Below are positions 18,685 to 27,931 of a stretch of 54,512 nt of DNA, one piece after another (the stretch's first letter is position 1; the number at the start of each line of letters is the position of its first letter). The DNA is taken from the NCBI GenBank assembly GCA_016839785.1, contig JAEOTQ010000202.1, positions 1 through 54,512 on the forward strand, written 5' to 3'. The stretch comes from Candidatus Hodarchaeota archaeon. Its GTDB lineage: Archaea; Asgardarchaeota; Heimdallarchaeia; Hodarchaeales; Hodarchaeaceae. Both the position numbers and the translations under genes were made by a program. The notes under the pieces were generated by a model. That model made no database searches. It saw only the letters and a program-made list of their open reading frames with translations, and had not been told where the DNA came from.

Positions 18685-19386
18685 ATGAACCATGTTCTAC
18701 ATTATAATCAAGTAAAGACTCAAATTTTAGCAAAGTCAGCTATATTGACACGCGAAACCGATAGCTTTCTGATTTTCTTCTTCATTTTCACTGTAGTCTT
18801 AATTACTATTTCATTTTTATCGATAAAAATTGTACCTTTAGTAAAATTCTTGCTAATTGGTGATATAAAAGAAGAAGAAAAGAATTTAATAATGAAAAGA
18901 GCTATTAAAGCCTTAACAGAGGGTAAAAATGTACGACTTGATCCAATATCAGAAAAACTAAAACTTACAGCAGTTAACACATTAAAACTTCTTAAACAGA
19001 ATATCCCTATGGAGATAAAGCAAGATAATCTTCTTGTTTCAACTTTCCCTTCATTTTCTTTACTGAAACTTCCAATTAAAAGCCAAGTTTGTGCTATTTG
19101 CTTAAATCCTATCCAAATTAATGTTTATCAACAGTGTATGACTTGTAATCGATTTTTTTGCTTGGATCATCATCACGAAACAATCGAGGCATCGAATCTA
19201 TGTCCCGACTGTTCTGGAAAGCTGGAATTTTTTCCTAAATGCTGTGATAACTGTGGATTGGAATTCGCTAACCTTTCACAACTACCTGATCTCCATAAGT
19301 GCCCATTCTGTAATTCAGAGGATATAATATCCCCATTTCAGGTCAAAGTTGAATTGAAACCAGATAGTTCATTAGAAGTTACTTAG
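18685..19386 (+). CDS. Membrane-anchored protein with RING-like finger and zinc ribbon
   Basis: TM, then a possible wHTH, then C-x2-C-x11-C-x2-C-x4-C-x2-H-x10-C-x2-C, then CDNC...CPFC. Abuts the permease stop. Confidence 0.7.
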   Translation: MNHVLHYNQVKTQILAKSAILTRETDSFLIFFFIFTVVLITISFLSIKIVPLVKFLLIGDIKEEEKNLIMKRAIKALTEGKNVRLDPISEKLKLTAVNTLKLLKQNIPMEIKQDNLLVSTFPSFSLLKLPIKSQVCAICLNPIQINVYQQCMTCNRFFCLDHHHETIEASNLCPDCSGKLEFFPKCCDNCGLEFANLSQLPDLHKCPFCNSEDIISPFQVKVELKPDSSLEVT

Positions 19387-19640
19387 AATATCTCATCTCA
19401 ATCAACATGATCATTTCAAAAGTCAAACTAAGATCGTTCAATGACTGTATGTATATTTCCTTAATTCAGCTATTTTCTTCGATTAGCTGTTTCGTAATAA
19501 ATTCGATTTTCTTGTCACATTGACTTAAGATTGTGGATAGACATTTCTAATCGTGAGTATAATCTGTGTTTTTTGTTTAACAATCGTTAAAAAAACTATC
19601 GTGAAGAACGTACATAGTCATTATTTAGAGGTTCATTTAC

Positions 19641-20888
19641 GTGAAAGTCTTTTTAGATAATAACGCGAGCACAAGAGTCGATGATGCCGTATTGGAAGCG
19701 ATGACACCATTTTTTACAGAGATAATAAGCCCCCCCAGCTCTGAATATGGAAATTCATTTGGAGTTGAAGCCCAAGAAGCCTTGAGTAATGCCAGAGAAA
19801 TCATTGCAAACAAACTAAACGTTGATACTTCGGAAATTATATTCACTTCAGGACAGGCCGAATCAAATAATACCGCTTTGAAAGGTTTTGCATTAGCAAA
19901 TGAGAAATCTGATTCTAAACTTATTTTAGCCTCAGCAGTATCACATTCTACTGTAATGGATCCTTTAAAATCTTTAGTTAAACATCATGGATTTGAATTA
20001 GAACTTATAGAAGTCAACAAAGAAGGGTTTATAAAACACGATCATTTACGTCAGTTGTTAAAGAAGAAACCCTTATTAGTTACCATACCACATGGGAATG
20101 TGGAAATTGGAACAATAGAGGATATTAATATCATAGCAAACATATGTCATGAAAACGATGTTAAATTGCATGTTGATATGACATATTCCTTCTGTAAAAT
20201 AGAAACAGATGCGTCTGTTGTTGATATGGCGACAATTGCCAGTCACCTTATTCATGGTCCAAAAGGTGTTGGTGCTCTTTATCTGAGAAAGAAACAGAGA
20301 CTACGTCCATTAATAGATGGTGGTTTTCAGGAAAACAGGAAACGAGCTGGTACCGAGAACATTCCTGGAATTGTTGGATTTGCTGAAGCGGTTAAACAGT
20401 TCACACCTGAAGTCATTTCTAAAATTACCGAGTTAAGGGATTATACACAGGAATTATTTAACAAAAACTTAACTGAATTTTCAATCACTGGGGCCAAGGA
20501 TAAGAATAAGCGTTTACCTGGGCATTTTTCTGCGGTTATTAGCTATGTTGAGGGTGAATCAATTTTATTGTACCTGGATATGTTAAATTTTATGGTAGCA
20601 ACTGGATCAGCATGCTCATCCAAACAACTCAAAGCAAGTCACGTCTTATCAGCTATTGGCCTTCCAACTGAAATTAGCCATGGCAGTATTCGCCTTGGTT
20701 TAAGTAAATATAATGAAAAGGAACAACTTGATGAATTTATTGTGCAACTAGGCCAGATCGTTGAGAGATTGCGAGCAATGAGTCCAGTAGATCAAGATTT
20801 TATGCGTGAGTGGAAAGAAATGAAAGAAAACGGCGAATATACTGAAGAAGACCATCACCATCACGATGATGACGAATCGGAGGAATAA
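19641..20888 (+). CDS. iscS: Cysteine desulfurase-like protein (IscS/NifS group I) lacking the PLP lysine
   Basis: FLDNNAST, IIFTSG.AESNN, RAGTEN, ATGSACSS and SHVLSAIG are present. The PLP motif reads SHLIHGPKG instead of HKxxGPKG. Confidence 0.92.
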   Translation: MKVFLDNNASTRVDDAVLEAMTPFFTEIISPPSSEYGNSFGVEAQEALSNAREIIANKLNVDTSEIIFTSGQAESNNTALKGFALANEKSDSKLILASAVSHSTVMDPLKSLVKHHGFELELIEVNKEGFIKHDHLRQLLKKKPLLVTIPHGNVEIGTIEDINIIANICHENDVKLHVDMTYSFCKIETDASVVDMATIASHLIHGPKGVGALYLRKKQRLRPLIDGGFQENRKRAGTENIPGIVGFAEAVKQFTPEVISKITELRDYTQELFNKNLTEFSITGAKDKNKRLPGHFSAVISYVEGESILLYLDMLNFMVATGSACSSKQLKASHVLSAIGLPTEISHGSIRLGLSKYNEKEQLDEFIVQLGQIVERLRAMSPVDQDFMREWKEMKENGEYTEEDHHHHDDDESEE

Positions 20889-20892
20889 ACAA

Positions 20893-21294
20893 ATGGGTAT
20901 GTATACAAAAGAAGTTATGGATTTATTCTTAAAACCAGAGAACATGGGCGAAATTGAAGATGCTAGTGCTATCGGAAAAGTCGGCAATCCCGTCTGTGGA
21001 GATATCATGTGGGTTTATCTCAAAATTGATGAACAAGACATTATTCAGGATGTGAAAGTGAAGACTTTTGGTTGCGTTGCAGCAATTGCTACAAGTTCTA
21101 AAACTACAATGATCATCAAAGGAATGACAATTAAAGACGCATATAAGGTTACAAAGAAGCAGGTTGCAGAGGAACTTGGTGGGTTACCAAAAACCAAGAT
21201 GCATTGTTCAAATTTAGCTGTCGATGCAGTTCAACGTGCCATTCAAGACTACCTCAAAAAAACTGGCAGATCTCTTGATGAATTGGAGAGCTAG
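20893..21294 (+). CDS. iscU: Fe-S cluster scaffold IscU/NifU-N
   Basis: GNPVCGD, FGCVAAIA and LP..KMHCS motifs. Confidence 0.95.
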   Translation: MGMYTKEVMDLFLKPENMGEIEDASAIGKVGNPVCGDIMWVYLKIDEQDIIQDVKVKTFGCVAAIATSSKTTMIIKGMTIKDAYKVTKKQVAEELGGLPKTKMHCSNLAVDAVQRAIQDYLKKTGRSLDELES

Positions 21295-21302
21295 AAACCA
21301 AA

Positions 21303-21557
21303 ATGCCTGAATCGAAGGAAAATCTTATTATCGACATAACAGGATTCAAATGTCCAGTTCCATTAATAAAAACTCGCAGAGCTGTCAAACAATCACCCGA
21401 TAATCAAATCATAAAGTTTATTGGATCCAAAGAAGAAGAAATTTCACGAAAAGAGATTTTAGTCGCTTTAGAGTCAATGAAGCAACCAATCATCAATGTG
21501 GAAATTGACAATTCCACAGGTAATTGGCAAATTATAACGAAAAAACAGAGTACTTGA
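21303..21557 (+). CDS. TusA/SirA-family sulfur carrier
   Basis: IDITGFKCPVP (CPxP motif); 84 aa; follows iscU. Confidence 0.85.
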   Translation: MPESKENLIIDITGFKCPVPLIKTRRAVKQSPDNQIIKFIGSKEEEISRKEILVALESMKQPIINVEIDNSTGNWQIITKKQST

Positions 21558-21770
21558 AATTTGTTTTAATAGCTCTCTAAGAGATTTTCTACTAGTATTT
21601 TCTAGCAGATATGTACAAAATTAATTTATTTCGAGTTCTTTTCCTTAGCTTAGTTTCTTCAGGCATCTAGTGTTAAACGGATGAGGGATTGGAGAATTTC
21701 AATTTGTAAACAAATAAATAGCTATTTCTGTTGGACAAAGCCTAATAGAGAAAACATTAGTTGTTACACA

Positions 21771-22607
21771 ATGGACGACCTTGTTGTTTTTGGATTAATT
21801 GTTTTATCAATAATAAGGGTTTTTGGATTTTTAATATCTTTAGACTTTTACGTGAACCTACGAAACAATCGGTACATATTTCTCATATTAGGCTGGTTTT
21901 GTTGGTTTCTAGCTGGATTATTTCCATTAATTGCAGATTTTACTATTGAATCTTTCTTAACGGAATTCTTTATAGTTCTCAATGGGATGTTTGTCACCTT
22001 AGGGGCTTTCCTTATCGTTCTCGGTATTACAAATGTGTTTCGTTCCTATCAACCAAGATTAGTTATTAGTATCATTGCTTTCCTGGTAATTCTTCCAGTG
22101 ATAGTAAATTTAAGTGGAGGAAACAAGCTAGTTAGCATAATTTCATCAATCATTGTATTTTTTTCTTATTTCATTATCATGATTCTTGATTCTTTGGTAG
22201 GAGAAGATTTCAAAGAAAAGGTGGGAAACTCACATAAATGGTTTATCTTCTTACGAGTAGTAGTTGTTCTTCAGATACTAATTATGATTTATGCCATTTT
22301 CAAAGGAGGTTCATTCGGTCTTTATGATTCTTCAGATGCATTACTCATAATTCTCAATTATGGAGTAGGGATCGCACTTTCTCTGGTCATTGTCATATTA
22401 ATGATCCATTTTGAACACTCGGTTACAACTTTCCAGAAGGATTATCTAAAGGATACTTTCACCCACGATTTAGGAAATATTCTACAAATAATTAGTAGCG
22501 CAACAGAAATGCTCGAAGTTCCTGACGATTCACGAGAAAAATCTGAACTTATATTGAAAAAAAGTAATGAAGCGTCTAAATTGATTAATAAGATTAAAAA
22601 TTTATGA
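21771..22607 (+). CDS. 7-TM sensor with HisKA-like H-box but no HATPase domain
   Basis: Seven TM segments, then TFTHDLGNILQII. The ORF ends after the second DHp helix with no N/G boxes. Confidence 0.75.
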   Translation: MDDLVVFGLIVLSIIRVFGFLISLDFYVNLRNNRYIFLILGWFCWFLAGLFPLIADFTIESFLTEFFIVLNGMFVTLGAFLIVLGITNVFRSYQPRLVISIIAFLVILPVIVNLSGGNKLVSIISSIIVFFSYFIIMILDSLVGEDFKEKVGNSHKWFIFLRVVVVLQILIMIYAIFKGGSFGLYDSSDALLIILNYGVGIALSLVIVILMIHFEHSVTTFQKDYLKDTFTHDLGNILQIISSATEMLEVPDDSREKSELILKKSNEASKLINKIKNL

Positions 22608-22646
22608 AAATCTGAATATAATTGAAAAATTAATTGAGGAGTTACC

Positions 22647-23000
22647 ATGGCATCAGTTTTAATCGTTGATGACGACCCAGATATCGTCACCCTGTTTCAG
22701 GAATTCATAACTCTCAGGGGACATACTATTCTCGGTAAAGCCTCTGATGGAGAAGAAGCACTTGAGCTTCTTCAAAGCTTTGAATCCCTCCCTGATGTCA
22801 TTTTTATGAATCATCGTATGCCCCAGATGACAGGATTAGAGGCTTCAAAAATTATTTTTAGAATGTATCCAACATGTAAGATTATTTTCATAAGTGCCGA
22901 TCAAAATGTCAAAAGCTCGGCCTTAGACGCTGGAGCTCAAGCATTCTTAGTAAAACCAATAAGTTTCACAAAAATCTTAGCACTTCTTGATGAAATCTAG
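22647..23000 (+). CDS. Stand-alone CheY-like receiver with phospho-acceptor Asp->Asn
   Basis: VLIVDDD, PDVIFMNHRMP, ISA and FLVKP motifs; GAGGAG ribosome-binding site upstream. Confidence 0.9.
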   Translation: MASVLIVDDDPDIVTLFQEFITLRGHTILGKASDGEEALELLQSFESLPDVIFMNHRMPQMTGLEASKIIFRMYPTCKIIFISADQNVKSSALDAGAQAFLVKPISFTKILALLDEI

Positions 23001-23053
23001 CGCAATCTTCATTCTACCATGATAAAAAAGAAAAAAGAAAGGATTGGAGGATT

Positions 23054-23869
23054 TTAGAGGAGAGGTCTAAAAAATACTATAAATGAAGCTCCTGAATACA
23101 AAACAAAATCCACCACTAGAAGTGTTATTAATGTCGAAGCGGGAATTAGAATGTTGTCTAAATCTGCGGGAGAAAAGGCTTCTACTACCATTCCCACAAA
23201 ACAACAAGAAATAATTACAATTAATATTTCTAGTAACTCTACTCCGGGATCAGCGAGAACAGGGGTATCTAATGCTCCTAATACGCCTAGAAAGATCCAA
23301 AATAAGAGTGATCCTAATAATGCGATAACAAAGAACCCTAGTGATCCTTCTAATGTTTTTTCTCTTCCCAAAGTTGTGTATTTACGTGAACCAAAACGTT
23401 TACCTATGTACGGAGCAATTCCATCTCCCCATCCTACAACAGCCATCATGAGGAATCCCGCGTAAGATCCAAAGAAGATTGTACCTGCGATCATCATGAT
23501 AATTGTAAAGTATAATGTCCCTTTGAGGAGCTCCCGAGGATCACCTGTACGAGACATCGTTTTTACATCTTTATCATCAGGAGAACCACGGTACCCTTTA
23601 TATAAAAACGTAAAGAAGAAAAGTAAAGGTACGGCAATGTTAAACAAGGAGGTAATCCCATCAGAAGTATCAATAAACAACCAAATCCAAATAAATGAAC
23701 CAGCAGCAATGTGAATAACTTTTCTGCTGAGATCAGAAGAAAGTTTCCCATTCGTGACCATTTTTTCCATTAACAAGATGATTCCTTGAACGTAAACCAG
23801 TGCAACGACTACACCGATGATAAAATTCCATATCAAGGGATCATTTGGCATTAGTGTAATAAAACCCAT
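23054..23869 (-). CDS. CTP-dependent polyprenol kinase (phytol/dolichol/DGK1 family)
   Basis: SRKVIH, GWGDGIA..IG..FG, KTLEGS and DNILIP motifs. Confidence 0.85.
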   Translation of the reverse strand: MGFITLMPNDPLIWNFIIGVVVALVYVQGIILLMEKMVTNGKLSSDLSRKVIHIAAGSFIWIWLFIDTSDGITSLFNIAVPLLFFFTFLYKGYRGSPDDKDVKTMSRTGDPRELLKGTLYFTIIMMIAGTIFFGSYAGFLMMAVVGWGDGIAPYIGKRFGSRKYTTLGREKTLEGSLGFFVIALLGSLLFWIFLGVLGALDTPVLADPGVELLEILIVIISCCFVGMVVEAFSPADLDNILIPASTLITLLVVDFVLYSGASFIVFFRPLL

Positions 23870-24108
23870 TTTATCCTATCCTATTGGCATTTTGATGTAA
23901 GTAGCACATTTTTTCCTCTATTACTAGAAAAAGTTTTTGGTAAATTGGATGGTGCAGAAATATTTACACTTTAAAGGAGAACTTTGGTTTTTCCTTGTAT
24001 TCGATAAGAATTCTGTTAATGTTCATATTATCAAAAAATGCATAAAATCAATCTAGGTGTCACTTGACTTAAAAGGGGAATATAAGGAAATTTCAGAAGA
24101 CTATTACT

Positions 24109-26169
24109 TTAAAATTGTATTTCCTTGAAGTAAGATAGAATCTTTCTTTTTTGGCTTTCTAAGTCAGAATTTTTCTTGTTATCACTAATCTGGAACTGAT
24201 CCAAGATGTATTCCAGCTCTCTGTAAGTTAAATTATACGTTCTAGCCACCAAAGCGTCAAGGAATGCACGCTTCTGGGAATATGTTATTTCTGAAAATTT
24301 CATTTCTCCTGACGTTATATCTCGGTTGATCTCAGGAACCTCACAATATATAGCCCTAACTAGTGCTACTATCTCTGAATAGGTATCACCTTTTTTATTT
24401 CTCGGAAGAGGCATATCACGAATGATAAACATATTTAAATTTTGAGAAACCTTGAGTCGGAGCAGATAGTCAAATACAAAACTATTAAAAATTCCTAGTA
24501 AATACAGAAGCTCACTAATTCTCATTAATTTTTGATTCGATTTGTTAAAATTCTTCACATACAGAATTGAATTACTACAGCAACTATTTGCAGGGATCAA
24601 TGTTGCTATCATCGTTCTCCTATTGGTACTCGCAGCAATAGCTCTAAAACCGATTCTAACTTGTCTATATTCTAAATAATCATTGTGATATTTCTTCTTC
24701 AATTCTGATTTTTCGATCCAATATCGTGGTTTTTTATATTGGTGAGTAAATTGCTCAATCATTTTCCCCTCATATATAGGTAACCCTTTGCTATCCGCAT
24801 TGAACAGATGACTGTCAATTGTGACGTCTAATTCCCTTGAAAATACAATTTCTGAAAAACCAGATATCGATTCTGTAAGAACTGGATATTGGTACATCTT
24901 TTCGGTGATTTTAATATCAAGATTATTCTTGAACTCAATAATTGACCAAGCACTTGGGGAAAAACGTTTAATCTTCTCCCATGAAACTGTCAGAGTTTCA
25001 CATTGGTCCTGATTCAAAAATTCAGGATTCCTTTGCATAAAAGTAGTCTGAAAATTTGTTGTTTTCGTTTGATTTTTCCGAAATATCAAAATATCAAACT
25101 TAAATGATTTATGAATTGATGGAAATATTCCTTGTCTATTTTCAAATGAATAAAGCACTGTAACTTCATTTTCTTCAAAAATAAGTTTCCTTAAACCCTT
25201 AGTTCCAGCATCACTATGAATTCCAGATGGAAGAATAATTCCACATACACCATTCTCCGTTAACAAGAAAAAAATTCGTTCTAGGAATAATTTATAAAGA
25301 TTTAGATCCCCACTGACTCTCCTCGTATCCCTCCCTACTTGAATCAAACCAGATTGGAATCGATAGTATTTTCGATAATATTCAGACTGCTTTTTAATAT
25401 TAGATTCATAATTTATCCATTTAGGATAAATCGTATGATCAGATTTTAATCTCTCAATAATTTTTTGCGCTTCTTGTTTGTCTACTCGATATTTAGAGAG
25501 GTATGGATCATATTGAGAAAAAAACTCCTTTTCTAATGGTTTTAGAATATTCCAGGGTGGATTTCCGACACACACAGTAAATCCTAGACCTTGTGCAATG
25601 TCAGGAAATTCTTCAGGCCAATTGAACATAGGAAATTGTTGTATTGGAGGGGGCTTTTCTCCTATAAAGCTTCTTCCAATAAGCGTATTACCTATCTTTA
25701 CATGCAATTTAAGTTTTGAAACGACTATTTGTGCGTCAATTTCCTTGTTATTATCGTATGCAAGACGAGCTAGATTTTCACGACATAATTTGACAGCTTT
25801 TTCAGAAATATCCACACCGAAAAGATTGTTTTTTACGATTTCCAAACGAATTTGATCGACTGGTTTCTTCTGTACCCCCAATTCAATTAGAGAGATATGA
25901 AGTTTTAATAGAACATCAAATGAAGTCTGAAGAAAAAACCCTACACCCACTGCAGGATCTAAAATTCTAATTCCTTCAATAAGAGTTAATGCTTTGTCAT
26001 ATGTCTCGGGTGGAAGATCAGTAAACACGAGTATACCTTGTATCTTTGATTTGCGGTTCAGATGATCAAGAATAAATGTATGGATTGTAGTCCTACAAAT
26101 AAATTCAACCAAAATCCTTGGTGTATATACCACTCCCAAGTCTTTGTGATCTTGGGAAAGAAGTGTCAT
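24109..26169 (-). CDS. Orphan N6-adenine DNA methyltransferase, Eco57I/type IIG-like with TRD
   Basis: GVVYTP, ILDPAVGVGFF (motif I), GVDI, GNPPW (motif IV), NLYKLFLE and a C-terminal TRD. No nuclease domain is evident. Confidence 0.85.
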   Translation of the reverse strand: MTLLSQDHKDLGVVYTPRILVEFICRTTIHTFILDHLNRKSKIQGILVFTDLPPETYDKALTLIEGIRILDPAVGVGFFLQTSFDVLLKLHISLIELGVQKKPVDQIRLEIVKNNLFGVDISEKAVKLCRENLARLAYDNNKEIDAQIVVSKLKLHVKIGNTLIGRSFIGEKPPPIQQFPMFNWPEEFPDIAQGLGFTVCVGNPPWNILKPLEKEFFSQYDPYLSKYRVDKQEAQKIIERLKSDHTIYPKWINYESNIKKQSEYYRKYYRFQSGLIQVGRDTRRVSGDLNLYKLFLERIFFLLTENGVCGIILPSGIHSDAGTKGLRKLIFEENEVTVLYSFENRQGIFPSIHKSFKFDILIFRKNQTKTTNFQTTFMQRNPEFLNQDQCETLTVSWEKIKRFSPSAWSIIEFKNNLDIKITEKMYQYPVLTESISGFSEIVFSRELDVTIDSHLFNADSKGLPIYEGKMIEQFTHQYKKPRYWIEKSELKKKYHNDYLEYRQVRIGFRAIAASTNRRTMIATLIPANSCCSNSILYVKNFNKSNQKLMRISELLYLLGIFNSFVFDYLLRLKVSQNLNMFIIRDMPLPRNKKGDTYSEIVALVRAIYCEVPEINRDITSGEMKFSEITYSQKRAFLDALVARTYNLTYRELEYILDQFQISDNKKNSDLESQKRKILSYFKEIQF

Positions 26170-26193
26170 CGGTCTTGTGACTCACAACAATTG

Positions 26194-27165
26194 TTAGATG
26201 AGTTCTATCTTATGTAAGACGTACCAAATTGGTACAATTAGAACAAAACTAATGAAGATCACGATCCAAAAGGAGTATGGATTATCAGAAAGTGGTAAAG
26301 GTGTTAAATTCATACCGTAGAGACTCGCGATTAGGGTTGGTACCATCACAATTAAAGAGATTGAAGTCAGTACTTTGATTAGATCGTTTTGATTATTAGA
26401 GATAACAGAAGCATATGCATCAAGACTACTTTCAATCAGGTCACGGTAAATTCGAAGAAGATCAGCTTGTTGCTGCAAATCTATTGATAAATCTTCTAGA
26501 TCATCCAGTAGCTCTGGTAATTCCTTAAATTCAGGTGCTTTTTGAAGCTGATAAAATGCTCGAACATTTCCTCTAAGTGCCGCATCTAAATAGGTCGCTT
26601 CTCGGGAAAGAGTAAACACTTGCTCAATCGATTTAGATTTTACTGATTTAAAAATCACTTGTTCTAAAGATGCAAGCTCTTGATCTATAATATCCACACC
26701 TAGCTCATAAGATTTGACAACGCTTTCTAACCAATCGAGAAGGACTAAAATAGTCGGTTTTGATCTTTTTCTTCGTGAACCAATTGGTTTCCTAACTCTT
26801 TTTGCTTCAATTGCTTGATATTGTATTGTTATTAAATGAGAACCTGTTAAAAATACAGTCGCAGGGAGTGTGGTCTGACGAGATTGAAATAAATCAGTCT
26901 TCTTGAACTGTTCTCCAGAAGGGACTCTCAATACTAATTTAATAAATGGAGGGTCGTTTTCAGGTGATAATTCCAACCGAGGTCGTTCATCAACATCCAG
27001 AGAATCCTCTAAATCCTCCCACGGTATTTTATATGTATTTTGAATCGCTTTTAATTCTTCCATTGAAGGCTTAGTGCAAATCATCCAAGTGGGAACATTT
27101 GGGAGAATTCCCTGTATATAATCGGTAAATGTTAATCCAGTTTCGAGATTTTTTACTTCAATCAA
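26194..27165 (-). CDS. corA: CorA-family Mg2+/Co2+ transporter
   Basis: ERPRLE and PTLIASLYGMN motifs with two C-terminal TM segments. Confidence 0.92.
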   Translation of the reverse strand: MIEVKNLETGLTFTDYIQGILPNVPTWMICTKPSMEELKAIQNTYKIPWEDLEDSLDVDERPRLELSPENDPPFIKLVLRVPSGEQFKKTDLFQSRQTTLPATVFLTGSHLITIQYQAIEAKRVRKPIGSRRKRSKPTILVLLDWLESVVKSYELGVDIIDQELASLEQVIFKSVKSKSIEQVFTLSREATYLDAALRGNVRAFYQLQKAPEFKELPELLDDLEDLSIDLQQQADLLRIYRDLIESSLDAYASVISNNQNDLIKVLTSISLIVMVPTLIASLYGMNLTPLPLSDNPYSFWIVIFISFVLIVPIWYVLHKIELI

Positions 27166-27284
27166 TACTGATAACCTCCAAGAATACTCAATCTTTCATA
27201 TCTAATAAGCTATTTCGTCCTGCTATATAAAGAAATGAACCAAATATTTAATATTTTTCTATTAGGGCCTATCGCCGTACTAAA

Positions 27285-27920
27285 TCATTTCTTCTTAATT
27301 GGTTGTCGGATAACAGTACGTAATTTTTCAGGTTTGGTACGTCGTGGATCTGAGAGATAAATCTCATGGTGCTTATTATGTAAAAGAAAGCCGTTTTCCT
27401 CTGCATATTTGTGCATATTTTCTATTACTGGCCCTTCTTCACTAAAAGGTCCAATATGCAGTACTTGAACCACAGTACCTTCAGAATACTTCTCATAGCG
27501 AAGTTTGTCAATATTTGATGGATTTTTCTTCTCTTTGAAGATCTGAAGAGCCTTTTTGATTTGTTCCTCATTTACAAAATCAGGGATTCGAATCATTGAG
27601 GTCCATTTCCATTCATCTTTTCTCTCCATAAATGATTCAGTAAAAACTCCCATATCATCCGCCCACCAGAGTCCTTCAAGAGGGGGGATAACGTAATCTT
27701 TTCCAGTTGGTTTCATGACACTCATTTTGAGAGTAAAGGATGCACCATAAAGTAATTGCATTGCTTCTTGATACAAAGGGTTATCTCCTGGATAACCCGC
27801 CCCGTCTACCATGAAAAACCACATATCGGGGATGTCAATTATATGTGGATCTCTAGCAGGATTGTACAAGTTTGGAAACTGTTTTTTTAGATCAGATTTC
27901 TTAACTGGCATTCTTTTCAC
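27285..27920 (-). CDS. GyrI-like small-molecule binding protein
   Basis: PPLEGLWW, HIGPFSEE and HHEIYLSDPRR motifs. Confidence 0.88.
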   Translation of the reverse strand: MKRMPVKKSDLKKQFPNLYNPARDPHIIDIPDMWFFMVDGAGYPGDNPLYQEAMQLLYGASFTLKMSVMKPTGKDYVIPPLEGLWWADDMGVFTESFMERKDEWKWTSMIRIPDFVNEEQIKKALQIFKEKKNPSNIDKLRYEKYSEGTVVQVLHIGPFSEEGPVIENMHKYAEENGFLLHNKHHEIYLSDPRRTKPEKLRTVIRQPIKKK

Positions 27921-27931
27921 CTATTTGAATA

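Noticed and set aside
24109-26169. MTase as BREX PglX or part of DISARM
   Set aside because: None of the partner genes is nearby; the neighbours are housekeeping genes.
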